The notes: a model not told the origin generated them from the letters alone. DNA of 64,000 bases from a bacterium (GCA_021784815.1 JAJYHK010000019.1:48726-112725), one strand, 5' to 3'; shown: positions 1 through 14,107, counted from the first letter of the stretch. Numbers and translations are program-made.

Positions 1-1
1 C

Positions 2-3514
<3,513 letters not shown>

Positions 3515-3522
3515 AGCGACCG

Positions 3523-3574
3523 CACGAAGATAACACAACGCCCGCCAACAGGCGGGCGTTGTGTTATCTTCGTG
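3523..3574 (+). terminator. 24-bp perfect stem / 4-nt loop hairpin immediately after rpoC stop
   Basis: cacgaagataacacaacgcccgcc-aaca-ggcgggcgttgtgttatcttcgtg, read directly from the sequence. No T-tract, as is common in GC-rich genomes. Confidence 0.6.
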
Positions 3575-3867
3575 CAGCTTGAGCATGAGCTGCTATCAAA
3601 ATGAGGCGGCGCAGAGGGTCGATCCTCTGCGCCGAGTATCAGCTGCACATCGTGGTCGCCGTCATAACGCAGACGGGCGGCTGGGTTGAGGTAGGGCCTC
3701 CTTTTGCCGCAAGACCGATAGTCGCTGCTACGAGCCCTGCAACAAGCAGGGCATTGAGCAGAAACGAAAGCCCATCGCACAGCCCACGATGGCGTTGGCG
3801 ATTCCTTCGCATGCGCACCTCGACCCCTCCCTATGTGGTTCGTGCCTAATGCAAAAGTAGCACGTAT

Positions 3868-3903
3868 GACGTGTCTAGTCAAGCTTTCTTCATCGCGGTA
3901 AAA
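3868..3903 (+). promoter_or_regulatory. candidate sigma70-type promoter for dnaG (-10 TAAAAT at 3898-3903, weak -35 about 17 bp upstream)
   Basis: AT-rich patch 'gtctagtcaagctttcttcatcgcggtaaaatg' just upstream of the dnaG ATG. Motif match by eye only. Confidence 0.25.
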
Positions 3904-3912
3904 TGAAAATCT

Positions 3913-5619
3913 ATGGCGGGGGATCCGGTACAGGAAATCAAAGAGCGGCTTAGTATTCAGGAGATAGCGGCTCCCTACGTGAAGCTCCATAAGGCCGGGC
4001 GATCGATGGTGGGGCTGTGTCCTTTTCACAAGGAGAAGACGCCGAGCTTTCATATTTCGGTGGAGCGCAATACGTATCACTGTTTCGGCTGCGGGGAGGG
4101 AGGCGACATGTTCGCCTTCATACAAAAAGCAGAAGGACTGGAGTTTAAAGAAGCCTTGAAGCTGCTTGCCGAAAAGGCCGGCGTGCAGCTTACGTATGCG
4201 AGCGGCGCGCGGGAACGGCAGTCGCACACCGAGCGCATCCGAGAGGCGCTCGCGCGCGCGCAGCAGTGGTATGCCGCACAGCTGCCGGGGAGCGCCGCGG
4301 AAGCCTATGCGAAGAAACGCGGTCTCTCGGACGTAGTCCTAAGGGAGTGGGGTCTGGGATTCGCACCCGACGCATGGCGCGCGCTGCTCGAGACGCTTGC
4401 GGCTGAGGGGTTTTCGGCTGCGGAGCTCGTTGCGGCAGGACTCGTGAAGGAGGCCGATGGCAAACCAGGCGTGTACTATGATCGGTTCCGCGGCCGGTTG
4501 CTCTTCCCGATCCGAGACGCTAACGGGCACATCGCTGCTTTTACCGGGCGTATGTTGCCATCGGAGACCCACGCCAAAGAGGATGCCGCGCCGGCAAAAT
4601 ATCTCAACTCGCCGGAAACCGACCTCTATCACAAATCAGAAATCATCTTTGGGCTTGATAGGGCGAAAGATGCGATTCGATTGCGGCGCTTCGCACTCTT
4701 GGTGGAAGGGCAGATGGACGTGCTCATGGCGCATCAAGCCGGCTTCACGAATACGGTTGCACTTTCGGGAACCGCATTCACGCCGAAGCATGTGGCGCTC
4801 TTGAAGCGATACAGCGACAATCTGCTCCTCGTGCTCGACGCCGATTCGGCAGGCATCGCTGCAACGGCCAAGTCTGCGGCGCTTGCGCTCGCGCACGGTA
4901 TGCAGGTTAAGGCGGCACGCTTGCCCGAAGGGAGAGATCCAGCCGACCTCCTTCTTGAGGATGTAAGCGAATTTACGGCGCGTATCAAGGAAGCGAAGCC
5001 GGTAGTCGAGTTTTTTCTCGCCGTGCTCGCGGCGCGCGAGCGCGATGCGCATCGTCTCCTCGCACTCGCCGAGCGCATCGTGCTTCCGCTCATTGCGGCA
5101 ATACCGAGCCCGATGGAGCGCGATCTCTTTATGCAGTCGACCGCGCGCGCTTTGAGCCTTTCGACCGAGAGCGTTCGTGAATCACTATCGCGCCTTCCGG
5201 CCCAGGCGGTTCCCGAAGAACTGCATGTTCTTGTTCGTCCGAGCGCTGTCGAGGAGCGAACCGCCCGCGAAGCACGAGAAAAGGCGCTCCTTGCGGTTCT
5301 CCACGCATATGGCGGAACCCCTCTTGCCGAGCGCGTTAAAAGGGAGTATCTTCGGATTACCGAGGCCTCCGCGCTGCCTGCAGGCGTACCAGACGAGTCG
5401 GCTCTTTTCGGAATCGAGCGGCTGTTTGGCGATACGTCTGCCGAGGATGCTGCGGACGAGCTTCTTCGCGCCTTTGAAGAAGCGGTTATCCGCGAGGCGT
5501 ATCAGCGGGCGGTTATGCGTCTGCGAACGGCTGAGTCCGTCGGTGACGCAGATGCCATTACTAAGGCGCAAGCGTTGTGCGTGGAACTCGCCGCACGACG
5601 CGCTGCGCTCAACAAGTAG
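3913..5619 (+). CDS. dnaG: DNA primase
   Basis: CHC2 zinc finger ([14 protein letters not shown]...[11 protein letters not shown]), TOPRIM region ([17 protein letters not shown]). 568 aa. Confidence 0.92.
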   Translation: MAGDPVQEIKERLSIQEIAAPYVKLHKAGRSMVGLCPFHKEKTPSFHISVERNTYHCFGCGEGGDMFAFIQKAEGLEFKEALKLLAEKAGVQLTYASGARERQSHTERIREALARAQQWYAAQLPGSAAEAYAKKRGLSDVVLREWGLGFAPDAWRALLETLAAEGFSAAELVAAGLVKEADGKPGVYYDRFRGRLLFPIRDANGHIAAFTGRMLPSETHAKEDAAPAKYLNSPETDLYHKSEIIFGLDRAKDAIRLRRFALLVEGQMDVLMAHQAGFTNTVALSGTAFTPKHVALLKRYSDNLLLVLDADSAGIAATAKSAALALAHGMQVKAARLPEGRDPADLLLEDVSEFTARIKEAKPVVEFFLAVLAARERDAHRLLALAERIVLPLIAAIPSPMERDLFMQSTARALSLSTESVRESLSRLPAQAVPEELHVLVRPSAVEERTAREAREKALLAVLHAYGGTPLAERVKREYLRITEASALPAGVPDESALFGIERLFGDTSAEDAADELLRAFEEAVIREAYQRAVMRLRTAESVGDADAITKAQALCVELAARRAALNK

Positions 5620-5665
5620 CCTAAGCCATCGCATCCTCTCATCATCTTCCCTCCACACCACCATC

Positions 5666-6897
<1,232 letters not shown>

Positions 6898-6901
<4 letters not shown>

Positions 6902-6919
6902 CGTCTCGCAGGACGCTAG
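6898..6919 (+). terminator. short hairpin overlapping rpoD stop
   Basis: ctagcgtc-tcgcag-gacgctag. Confidence 0.35.
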
Positions 6920-6928
6920 ACTTTAGTC

Positions 6929-7480
6929 TTGCAGAGGAATATACTCGTTCACGTTTTCGCTATGTTGAGGCTTTTAGCAACGGTACTAAAAACCGGCTCC
7001 AAAGCGGAGCCGGTTTCAATCGTGGCTGACGAGCACGTGCTCGGCGAGAACCTACGAAAAGCCGTGACCGCGCTGTGCGGCGGGCGGGCGTTGCGTATCC
7101 GCCATGTCGATGCGGGCTCAACCAATGCCGAGGAGTATGAGCTCACTGCGCTTGGAAACGCGTACTATGATGCCGATCGGTTCGGACTCTCGTTCGTCGC
7201 CTCGCCGCGCCATGCCGACATCCTGACCGTTTCCGGACCGGTGACGCGCAGCATGGCGCACGCGCTCGTCGCAGCCTATGAAGCGATGCCCGAGCCGCGC
7301 ATCGTAGTGGCGGTGGGCGACGGTGCCATCACGGGCGGCATCTGGAAAGATTCCTACGCCGTTGTTGGGCCGGTATCGAGCCTACTACCAGTAGACGTGG
7401 AGATTCCCGGCGATCCACCTTCGCCGCGTGTGGTGCTCGAAGGATTGCTCGCCGCCGTGCGCTCGGCGAGCCGCAAGTAA
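6929..7480 (+). CDS. NuoB / HyfI / EchC-like 'small subunit' homolog lacking all four [4Fe-4S]-ligating cysteines
   Basis: Aligns with NuoB and hydrogenase small subunits (DRFG..ASPRHADILTVSG..MPEP..VAVG.GAITGG..VGPV..LPVDVEIPG.PP). The canonical CCxxE, GxCxxxGG and PGCPP read STNAEE, GDGAITGG and PGDPP. Start is TTG at 6929 or ATG at 6962. Confidence 0.8.
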   Translation: MQRNILVHVFAMLRLLATVLKTGSKAEPVSIVADEHVLGENLRKAVTALCGGRALRIRHVDAGSTNAEEYELTALGNAYYDADRFGLSFVASPRHADILTVSGPVTRSMAHALVAAYEAMPEPRIVVAVGDGAITGGIWKDSYAVVGPVSSLLPVDVEIPGDPPSPRVVLEGLLAAVRSASRK

Positions 7481-7490
7481 CCGAGGCTTC

Positions 7491-9476
7491 ATGCTTGCTT
7501 TGCTCTACGGCGGTGCGTTTCTCCTGTCCGGCGCGGCTGCACTCGCGGCTATGGCGCTTGCGCGCAGCGCCCATCAGTCGGCTGTGACGCATGCGCTGCT
7601 TATTCTTTCCGGACTGTTCGGTCTTGCCGCGTCGGTCGGGTACTGTATAGAGCTTGCGCACGGCGTCGTGCGCGTTGTGCCGGTCTACGCTACCGCGCTC
7701 TTCGCCTTCTTCGTTACGCCGCTCTCGGGGTTTTTCCTCGCGCTCGTCTTTCTGGGCGTGACGCTCACCTCTTGGTACGCGCTTGGGTACCTGCCGCGCT
7801 ACCATACTCACTATACGCTCCCGTGGCTCGATTTCGCGACGAGCCTGTTCGTGCTCGGCATGGTTGGTACGCTCATGGCCGGGCAGCCGTTCGCGTTTTT
7901 GATTGCATGGGAGCTCATGTCCGTCGCGGCGTATTTTCTCATCATCGCGGACGGATCTCGGGAGTCGCTCACCGCCGGCTTTCGGTACCTGCTCATGGCG
8001 CAGCTCGGGTTTCTCGCGCTGCTCGTGGGCCTCTTGCTGCTTGCAGGCGGCGACCCGTTCGCTTCCTGGGCCGCAGTGGCGCATGCGGCCGCGGCGCTGC
8101 CGCCGTCGGCGCGCTTGGGCGCGTTCCTTCTCCTGCTTGTCGGCTTCGGATCGAAGGCCGGGCTCGTGCCGCTGCATCAGTGGCTGCCGGCGGCGCATCC
8201 GCAGGCACCGAGCCACAGCTCGGCGTTGCTCTCCGGCGTTATGCTCAAGGTTGCGCTCTACGGGTTCATTCTTTCAGTCGGATTATTGCCGGCTGTGCCG
8301 TTCTCATGGGCGATGCTTGTTATCGTGCTCGGCCTTGCTTCCGCCTTCTTCGGCGTGCTGCATGCAGTCGTCGAGAACGATGCTAAGCGCATGCTTGCCT
8401 GGAGCAGCATCGAACACATGGGACTGCTCTTTACGGGCGTCGGCCTCCTACTCGCTTTGCCGAACCTTCCGGTCGGCGCGGACGCCGCAGCGCTTACTGC
8501 GGCCCTTACCGGCTTCGTCATACTGCACGCCCTTAACCACTCGCTCTTTAAGTCGGGCCTTTTCATGGCAACCGGCGCGGTCGTCGCGCAAACCCACACG
8601 CGCGATCTTGACCGCCTTGGCGGCCTTGCGCAGCGATGGCCGCTTTTCTCGGGCGCATTCCTGGCACTGGCGCTATCAGCGGCGGCGCTGCCGCCGACGG
8701 GCACGTTTTTCGGGGAATGGCTCTTGTTCCAGCCACTCGCGATAGGGTTCCGGAGCGCCGCGCCGGCCTCGTCTCTGGGCGCGGCGCTCGTGCTTGCGGT
8801 TGTGGCGCTTGTGGGCGGGCTTGCGGTGTTTGCGTTCGTTAAGCTCTTCAGCGTCATGTTTCTCGGGCGTCCGCGCAGCAGCGCGGCGGAGCAGGCCGGA
8901 GAAATGCCGCTTTTGCTTACGCTCCCGCCACTCGCTGCTGCGGTGCTTGTTTCTCTTTCAGGCTTGCTGCTCTTTCCGCTGCTTGCGCAACCGGAGCGCG
9001 TGCGCCTGCTGGGATTGCCGTTCGCAAGCGCGGTGCTGCCCGGTGCCGCAATGAGCTCCTGGGGCGTCGTTTTTGCGCTCTTGGGTAGCGCCGCCGCCGC
9101 CGCCGCGTTCTATCGTGCCTTCGCGCGGCGGACAATCAGAATTACCGAGACCTGGGACTGCGGCGCGCCGCTTACCGCGCGTATGCAATACACGGCGACC
9201 GGCTTTTCAGCGCCGATACGGTTCTTCTTCCGGGCGCTTGTGCTGTCGAAAAAGACCTTGGTCGTTGAACCGGTCGTGGTAACGAATCCATGGATAGCGA
9301 AGCGCCGGCTGTCTTGGGCGACCGAATCATTCTGGGAGGCGGGACTATACCGCCCGGTCGGTCGGGCGGCGATCGCCATCTCCGCGTCGGTTCGCCGTCT
9401 CCAGAATGGGGCAGTGCAGTTTTATTTGGCGCTCGTGTTTGCTGCGCTCGTTGGCGTCATTCTGTTCGCGCTATGA
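7491..9476 (+). CDS. HyfB / NuoL / MrpA-like antiporter-type membrane subunit
   Basis: About 660 aa polytopic protein with the complex-I antiporter-like signature (WLPAAHPQAPSHSSALLSGVMLK..SSIEHMGLL). ATG at 7491 chosen over the in-frame extension from 7428 that overlaps the preceding gene. Confidence 0.85.
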   Translation: MLALLYGGAFLLSGAAALAAMALARSAHQSAVTHALLILSGLFGLAASVGYCIELAHGVVRVVPVYATALFAFFVTPLSGFFLALVFLGVTLTSWYALGYLPRYHTHYTLPWLDFATSLFVLGMVGTLMAGQPFAFLIAWELMSVAAYFLIIADGSRESLTAGFRYLLMAQLGFLALLVGLLLLAGGDPFASWAAVAHAAAALPPSARLGAFLLLLVGFGSKAGLVPLHQWLPAAHPQAPSHSSALLSGVMLKVALYGFILSVGLLPAVPFSWAMLVIVLGLASAFFGVLHAVVENDAKRMLAWSSIEHMGLLFTGVGLLLALPNLPVGADAAALTAALTGFVILHALNHSLFKSGLFMATGAVVAQTHTRDLDRLGGLAQRWPLFSGAFLALALSAAALPPTGTFFGEWLLFQPLAIGFRSAAPASSLGAALVLAVVALVGGLAVFAFVKLFSVMFLGRPRSSAAEQAGEMPLLLTLPPLAAAVLVSLSGLLLFPLLAQPERVRLLGLPFASAVLPGAAMSSWGVVFALLGSAAAAAAFYRAFARRTIRITETWDCGAPLTARMQYTATGFSAPIRFFFRALVLSKKTLVVEPVVVTNPWIAKRRLSWATESFWEAGLYRPVGRAAIAISASVRRLQNGAVQFYLALVFAALVGVILFAL

Positions 9477-10414
9477 ACGGCATGCTTTTCATTCTCCAGG
9501 GCGTGGTTACGCTTATGCTTGCGCCGCTCATGGTAGGGCTCGTGCGCTTCTTCAAGGCACGTTTCCAGAACCGCCGCGGCGCGGTGCCCTGGTTGCCGTA
9601 CGTATCGCTCTGGTCGCTCTTTGCGAAGGACATGACGATCACGCGTTATAGCTCATGGGTGTTCCGATTCGTGCCGTTCGTGCTCGCAAGTATCGCTCTC
9701 GTGCTTGCCTTCGTAGTGCCGACCTTCGCGTATGGCGTCGTGCCGCCGTTCCTTTCGAACCTCTTTCTGGTAGGCGGGCTATTCGCGTTTGGGTCCGCTT
9801 GGCTCGTGCTGGGCGGTATGGACACGGCAAGCGCGTTCGGCAACATGGGCGCCAGCCGCGAAATGACGCTTGCGGCGCTCGTCGAGCCGGCGCTCTACGT
9901 AAGCCTAGCGACCATCGCGTTTGCGGCCGGGTCCTGGAGCCTCGACGGTATGCTTGCGCACGAGGCGGGCCTTTCCTGGCATGGCGGGGCATTGCCCTTG
10001 TCGTTTGCGCTCGGCGCGCTTCTGCTCGTTGCGCTTACCGAAAACGCCCGGTATCCGGTCGATAACCCGGCGACGCATCTCGAACTCACCATGGTGCACG
10101 AAGCGATGGTGCTTGAGTACTCGGGGCCGTACTTAGCGTTGCTTGAGTACGCGGCGGCGGTGAAGCTGACCGTGACCATGCTGTTTCTCTTTGCGCTCGC
10201 GCTGCCGTTCGGTCTTATGCATGTAGGCGCCTCGCCGCTCGCCGTTGTATTCTGGTACATCGTTCGCTTCGTCTTCGCATCGTTCATTGTTGCGTTCATT
10301 GAATCGGTGATCGTGAAGATGCGTTTTTATCGGATGCAGGAATACCTCTCGCTTGCGCTGTTCGTGGCGCTGGCGGGCCTGGTGCTTGTGCTTATGCAGC
10401 AGTTCTCGTTCTAG
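9473..10414 (+). CDS. HycD / HyfC / NuoH-like membrane subunit
   Basis: N-terminus MNGMLFILQGVVTLMLAPLMVGLVRFFKARFQNRRGAVP resembles the E. coli HycD N-terminus as recalled (ARLHNRRGP in a hydrophobic context). ATGA overlap with the upstream gene stop. Confidence 0.8.
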   Translation: MNGMLFILQGVVTLMLAPLMVGLVRFFKARFQNRRGAVPWLPYVSLWSLFAKDMTITRYSSWVFRFVPFVLASIALVLAFVVPTFAYGVVPPFLSNLFLVGGLFAFGSAWLVLGGMDTASAFGNMGASREMTLAALVEPALYVSLATIAFAAGSWSLDGMLAHEAGLSWHGGALPLSFALGALLLVALTENARYPVDNPATHLELTMVHEAMVLEYSGPYLALLEYAAAVKLTVTMLFLFALALPFGLMHVGASPLAVVFWYIVRFVFASFIVAFIESVIVKMRFYRMQEYLSLALFVALAGLVLVLMQQFSF

Positions 10415-10417
10415 CGT

Positions 10418-11065
10418 ATGGGTCCGGTATTCCTCAGCGGCGCGTGTCTTGTTGGGGCGGTGCTCGCAGCGTTCCTTATGGCGAGCCGCATGCGCCTTGC
10501 ATCGCTTGCATCGCTCTATGCGATACAGGCCATGCTGCTCTCAGCCGCAGTCGCGTTCTATGCGGTTGCGCATGGCGACGCGTCGGCGTATGCGGTCGCC
10601 GGCCTCACGTTCGTGCTCAAAGCGCTCCTCATTCCGTACTGGTTCGTGCGCATCGTGCGCGCGCACGGCTCAAGTGAGCGGCTCGTGGCGTATGCTCGTC
10701 CGACGACGCTCTCGTTTGGCGCGCTTTTCTCCGTTTCGTTTGCCGGACTGATCGCGCAGGAATTGGCGCGCGCGTCGAGCGCGCCGTACGTAGCGCTCGC
10801 TTCTTCGATCGCGCTCATCTTGATCGGCTTCCTTATGCTCGTTTCGCGGCGCGACATGATCGGCCTAGGCTTCGGCTTTTTGGTCGTGGAGGCTGGCGTC
10901 TTTGCGCTCGGGCTCGCGCTCACGGGCGGCATGCCGCTGTTCGTGGAGCTCGGCGCGCTCTTCGACCTCTCAATCTTCTTCGTGCTTCTGGTGGCATTCG
11001 CACGGCGGGCGCAACGGGAGCACGCGTCGCTCGCGACGGATTATTTGCGTGAACTCATCGGCTGA
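10418..11065 (+). CDS. HyfE-like small polytopic membrane subunit
   Basis: 215 aa. Colinear similarity to E. coli HyfE (216 aa): YAIQAMLLS, VLKALLIPYWF, GLGFGFLVVEAGVFALGLAL. Confidence 0.7.
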   Translation: MGPVFLSGACLVGAVLAAFLMASRMRLASLASLYAIQAMLLSAAVAFYAVAHGDASAYAVAGLTFVLKALLIPYWFVRIVRAHGSSERLVAYARPTTLSFGALFSVSFAGLIAQELARASSAPYVALASSIALILIGFLMLVSRRDMIGLGFGFLVVEAGVFALGLALTGGMPLFVELGALFDLSIFFVLLVAFARRAQREHASLATDYLRELIG

Positions 11066-11068
11066 CCT

Positions 11069-12538
11069 ATGACGGCAACCCTTCTCGTGTGTGCGTCGTT
11101 CGTTTCTGCGTTTTTACCGCTCCGTACGCGGTCAGTGCGCGCTGCGGTGCTCATGAGCCTTGCGGGGAGTACGATTGTGCTCGCCCTCGGACTCGCCCTT
11201 GCGGTGCCGGCACTAGTCGCGTCCGCCTCGGTCGCCTCCGGCTTGTGGTATCTCGACCCGCTTTCGGGGCTGTTGGTCCTCCTTATCGTTTTCGTCGGAT
11301 GGACCGCGGCGATGGCGAGCGTCTCGTACCTGTCGGCCGAAGCGCGCGAGAGCGTCGTGAGCGCGCAGCAGGTACGGCACTACGGGGCGCTCTCCGCGCT
11401 TTTCGTATGCTCGATGCTCGTAGTCGTGCTCGCAAACAATCTCGGTCTCATGTGGGTAGCGCTCGAGGCCACGACGCTTACCACGGCGCTCCTCGTCGCG
11501 TTTTACGCGCGTCCCGGCTCGCTTGAGGCGGCTTGGAAGTACCTCATCCTGTGCTCGACCGGCATCGTGCTGGGGCTTATGGGCGTGATGCTCGTGTATG
11601 CGGCGGCCACGTCCGCGATCGGCGAAAGTGGTTTCGCGGTGTTGAGCTATGCAGCGCTCCTGCACAGTGCAGCCCTTCCGCCCGCGCTCATGCGGCTTGC
11701 GTTCGCGTTCGTGCTCGTCGGGTTCGGCACGAAGGTGGGGCTCGTCCCGATGCATGCGTGGCTGCCGGACGCGCACTCAAGCGCGCCGTCGCCGGTTTCC
11801 GGCATGCTCTCCGGCATCCTGCTCACGACGGCGCTGTTTGCGGTGATGCGCTACAAGACGCTCGTCGACCATGCGCTCGGGAGCGCAGGATACACCGAGA
11901 CGCTTCTGCTCGTCTTTGGCGCATTGACGACCCTCGTCTCCGCGCTCTTTATCCTCGTGCAGCTCGACTACAAGCGACTCTTGGCGTACTCGAGCATCGA
12001 GCACATGGGGCTGACGACCTTCGCGCTCGGCCTGGGCGCTCCGGGCGCGGTGGTTGCAGTCATACACCTCGTCGGCCACGCGCTCGCGAAGCCGCTACTC
12101 TTCTATGGGGCGGGGAACGTGCTTGTGCGCTTCAAGAGCACCAAGTTCGATCGAGTGTGGGGCGTGGCGCGCGTATTGCCTTACACTGCCGGGCTCTTTG
12201 TCTTCGGTTTGCTCGCGCTTCTCGCCGTGCCGCCCTCGCCGCTCTTTGTAAGCGAGCTCCTCCTTGCGGCGCAAGCGGTAGCCGCGCACGCATACCTGTT
12301 TGCCGTCATCGCGGTTGCGCTCGTGCTCGTGTTTGCGGGGTTTGCGCGGGCGTTCTTCCCGTTCCTCTTCAGCCGGGATGAGGCGCCTATCCAGGCGCAC
12401 GAGCTCACGAACGAACGCTGGAACAGCGCGCACACCGCGATGACACTGCATGCGGTGGTGCTGACGGGGTTCGGCGTAGCGCTGTTTGCCGGCTATGCGC
12501 TGCCGTTTATCATGCATATCGCCGCGGCGCTTGCGTAG
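11069..12538 (+). CDS. HyfF / NuoN / NuoM-like antiporter-type membrane subunit
   Basis: 489 aa. WLPDAHSSAPSPVSGMLSGILL and SSIEHMGL motifs of the PF00361 family. Confidence 0.85.
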   Translation: MTATLLVCASFVSAFLPLRTRSVRAAVLMSLAGSTIVLALGLALAVPALVASASVASGLWYLDPLSGLLVLLIVFVGWTAAMASVSYLSAEARESVVSAQQVRHYGALSALFVCSMLVVVLANNLGLMWVALEATTLTTALLVAFYARPGSLEAAWKYLILCSTGIVLGLMGVMLVYAAATSAIGESGFAVLSYAALLHSAALPPALMRLAFAFVLVGFGTKVGLVPMHAWLPDAHSSAPSPVSGMLSGILLTTALFAVMRYKTLVDHALGSAGYTETLLLVFGALTTLVSALFILVQLDYKRLLAYSSIEHMGLTTFALGLGAPGAVVAVIHLVGHALAKPLLFYGAGNVLVRFKSTKFDRVWGVARVLPYTAGLFVFGLLALLAVPPSPLFVSELLLAAQAVAAHAYLFAVIAVALVLVFAGFARAFFPFLFSRDEAPIQAHELTNERWNSAHTAMTLHAVVLTGFGVALFAGYALPFIMHIAAALA

Positions 12539-12542
12539 GCTT

Positions 12543-14081
12543 ATGAACATCGACCAGCTTTGTTCTGAACTGGGGCTTGTGCGCGCCGAGAGCGGAATCG
12601 TCGAGGTGCTGCGCGAGGAACTGGCGCGACAGGCGGAGGCGCTCGTGGTCAAAGAAGCGCCGCTTGTGTTTATGTATGCGACCGATGAGCGCGCGCGGGG
12701 CTCGGGGTTTGCGGTGCATGCCGTCTTCTCGGTCGCCGGAGACGGGTTCCTTACGCTGCGCGCAGCGCTCCCGGCCGATGCGCCCGCATACCCGGCGCTC
12801 ACGCGCTCTATCATGGCCGCCCACTGGTACGAGCGGCTCATGGGAGACCAGTTTGGCATCCTTGCTGAAGGGCATCCGGACTGGCGCCGCCTCATGCATC
12901 ACGAGAACATTCCGGCGGGAACGCATCCTTTGCGTAAAGACTTTGCCTGGAACACCAGGCTGCCGCATGCGCAGGAGCCGCACCTCATGCATCAGGTCGA
13001 AGGACAGGGCGTGTACGAGATTCCGGTGGGGCCCATTCATGCAGGTATCATTGAACCGGGGCATTTCCGATTTAATGTGCGTGGCGAGCGCATTCTGACG
13101 CTCGAGGGCAAACTGTTCTTTACGCACAAGGGCGTCGAGAAGCTCGTGGAGGGGAAGACGCCGGAGGCGGCGCTGCCGTTTGTCGAACGCATCTCGGGCG
13201 ACATGGCGGTAGGGCATACGCTCGCGTATGCGCAAGCGGTCGAGCGTGCCGTCGGCTGCGCGGTCAGCCCGCGCACGCGGTGGTTGCGCGTGGTCTGGAA
13301 CGAGCTTGAGCGGTTCACCGCGCATATCTTTGACATCGGCAACATGGCGGGGAACGGTACCGGTTTTACCTTCATGGCCGCGCAAGGCTTCCGAATGCTC
13401 GAAGAGCTGCGCCGTCTGCACGAAGCGCTCGTCGGACACCGCTATCTGCGCGGCGCGATCACGCTCGGCGGCGCGCATGATCTCGATGCACTGGCGCAGC
13501 AGCAGCTAAGCGCGCAGCTTAGGAAGACGGAGCGCGAGCTCGAAACGATTCTCGATGTCGCTTTCCGGAGCGACGGGCTCATGGAGCGCTTCGAGACGAC
13601 CGGCGTCCTCTCGCCCGACGCCGCGCGCGCATACGGCGCGCGCGGCGTCGGCGCGCGCGGGTCCGGCATAGCGACCGATTTGCGCAGCGAGCATCCGTAC
13701 GCCGCATATGCCGAGCTGCCGTTCTTGGTGGTGATGGAGGCGGCCGGCGACGTCGCGGCGCGTTTCAGGGTGCGCGCGCGCGAAGCGGCGCAGGCTCTCG
13801 CACTCATACGCGCGGCGCTCGACTCGCTGCCCGAGGGCTCGGCGCAGGTCGCGCTCGTTCCTAAGCAAGGCAGCGCGCTTGGTTGGGCCGAAAGCTTTCG
13901 CGGCGCGGTGATCGACTTCGTGCAGCTCGACGAGCGCGGTACGATCGATCGGCTCGCGGTTTCCGACCCGTCGTTCATGAACTGGCCGCTTTTCGGCGAG
14001 CTCGGCCCGGGCAACATCGTGCCGGACTTTCCGCTCTGTAATAAAAGCCTCAATCTCTCCTATTCGGGTACGGATTTATAA
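12543..14081 (+). CDS. Fused NuoC-NuoD / hydrogenase large-subunit-like protein (HyfG/HycE-like) lacking NiFe-binding cysteines
   Basis: N-terminal NuoC-like domain, then a NuoD/large-subunit core (GPIHAGIIEPGHFRF..ERISGDMAVGH..). The L1 motif RxCGxCxxxH reads RISGDMAVGH. The C-terminal DPCxxCxxH/R reads NLSYSGTDL. ATG at 12543 lies 5 nt after the upstream stop. Confidence 0.8.
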   Translation: MNIDQLCSELGLVRAESGIVEVLREELARQAEALVVKEAPLVFMYATDERARGSGFAVHAVFSVAGDGFLTLRAALPADAPAYPALTRSIMAAHWYERLMGDQFGILAEGHPDWRRLMHHENIPAGTHPLRKDFAWNTRLPHAQEPHLMHQVEGQGVYEIPVGPIHAGIIEPGHFRFNVRGERILTLEGKLFFTHKGVEKLVEGKTPEAALPFVERISGDMAVGHTLAYAQAVERAVGCAVSPRTRWLRVVWNELERFTAHIFDIGNMAGNGTGFTFMAAQGFRMLEELRRLHEALVGHRYLRGAITLGGAHDLDALAQQQLSAQLRKTERELETILDVAFRSDGLMERFETTGVLSPDAARAYGARGVGARGSGIATDLRSEHPYAAYAELPFLVVMEAAGDVAARFRVRAREAAQALALIRAALDSLPEGSAQVALVPKQGSALGWAESFRGAVIDFVQLDERGTIDRLAVSDPSFMNWPLFGELGPGNIVPDFPLCNKSLNLSYSGTDL

Positions 14082-14107
14082 AAGAAGAATGCAGAATCCA
14101 AATGGAA

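Noticed and set aside
3601-3849. 82-aa ORF in the rpoC-dnaG spacer and a possible sRNA there
   Set aside because: No Shine-Dalgarno sequence or homology. I checked for SRP, tmRNA and RNase P hallmark motifs by eye and found none, so I cannot support an ncRNA call.
5177-5665. N-terminal 163-codon extension of the rpoD ORF
   Set aside because: No sigma-factor similarity, overlaps the dnaG 3' end. The ATG at 5666 with the [10 protein letters not shown] start fits sigma-70 N-termini.
7329-8745. ORFs 7329-8216 (-), 7772-8386 (+), 7903-8745 (+) over the NuoL-like gene
   Set aside because: Arg/Ser/Cys-rich nonsense translations. The frame-0 plus ORF has the PF00361 signature motifs.
12510-13478. 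322-aa antisense ORF inside the NuoCD-like gene
   Set aside because: Antisense artefact.
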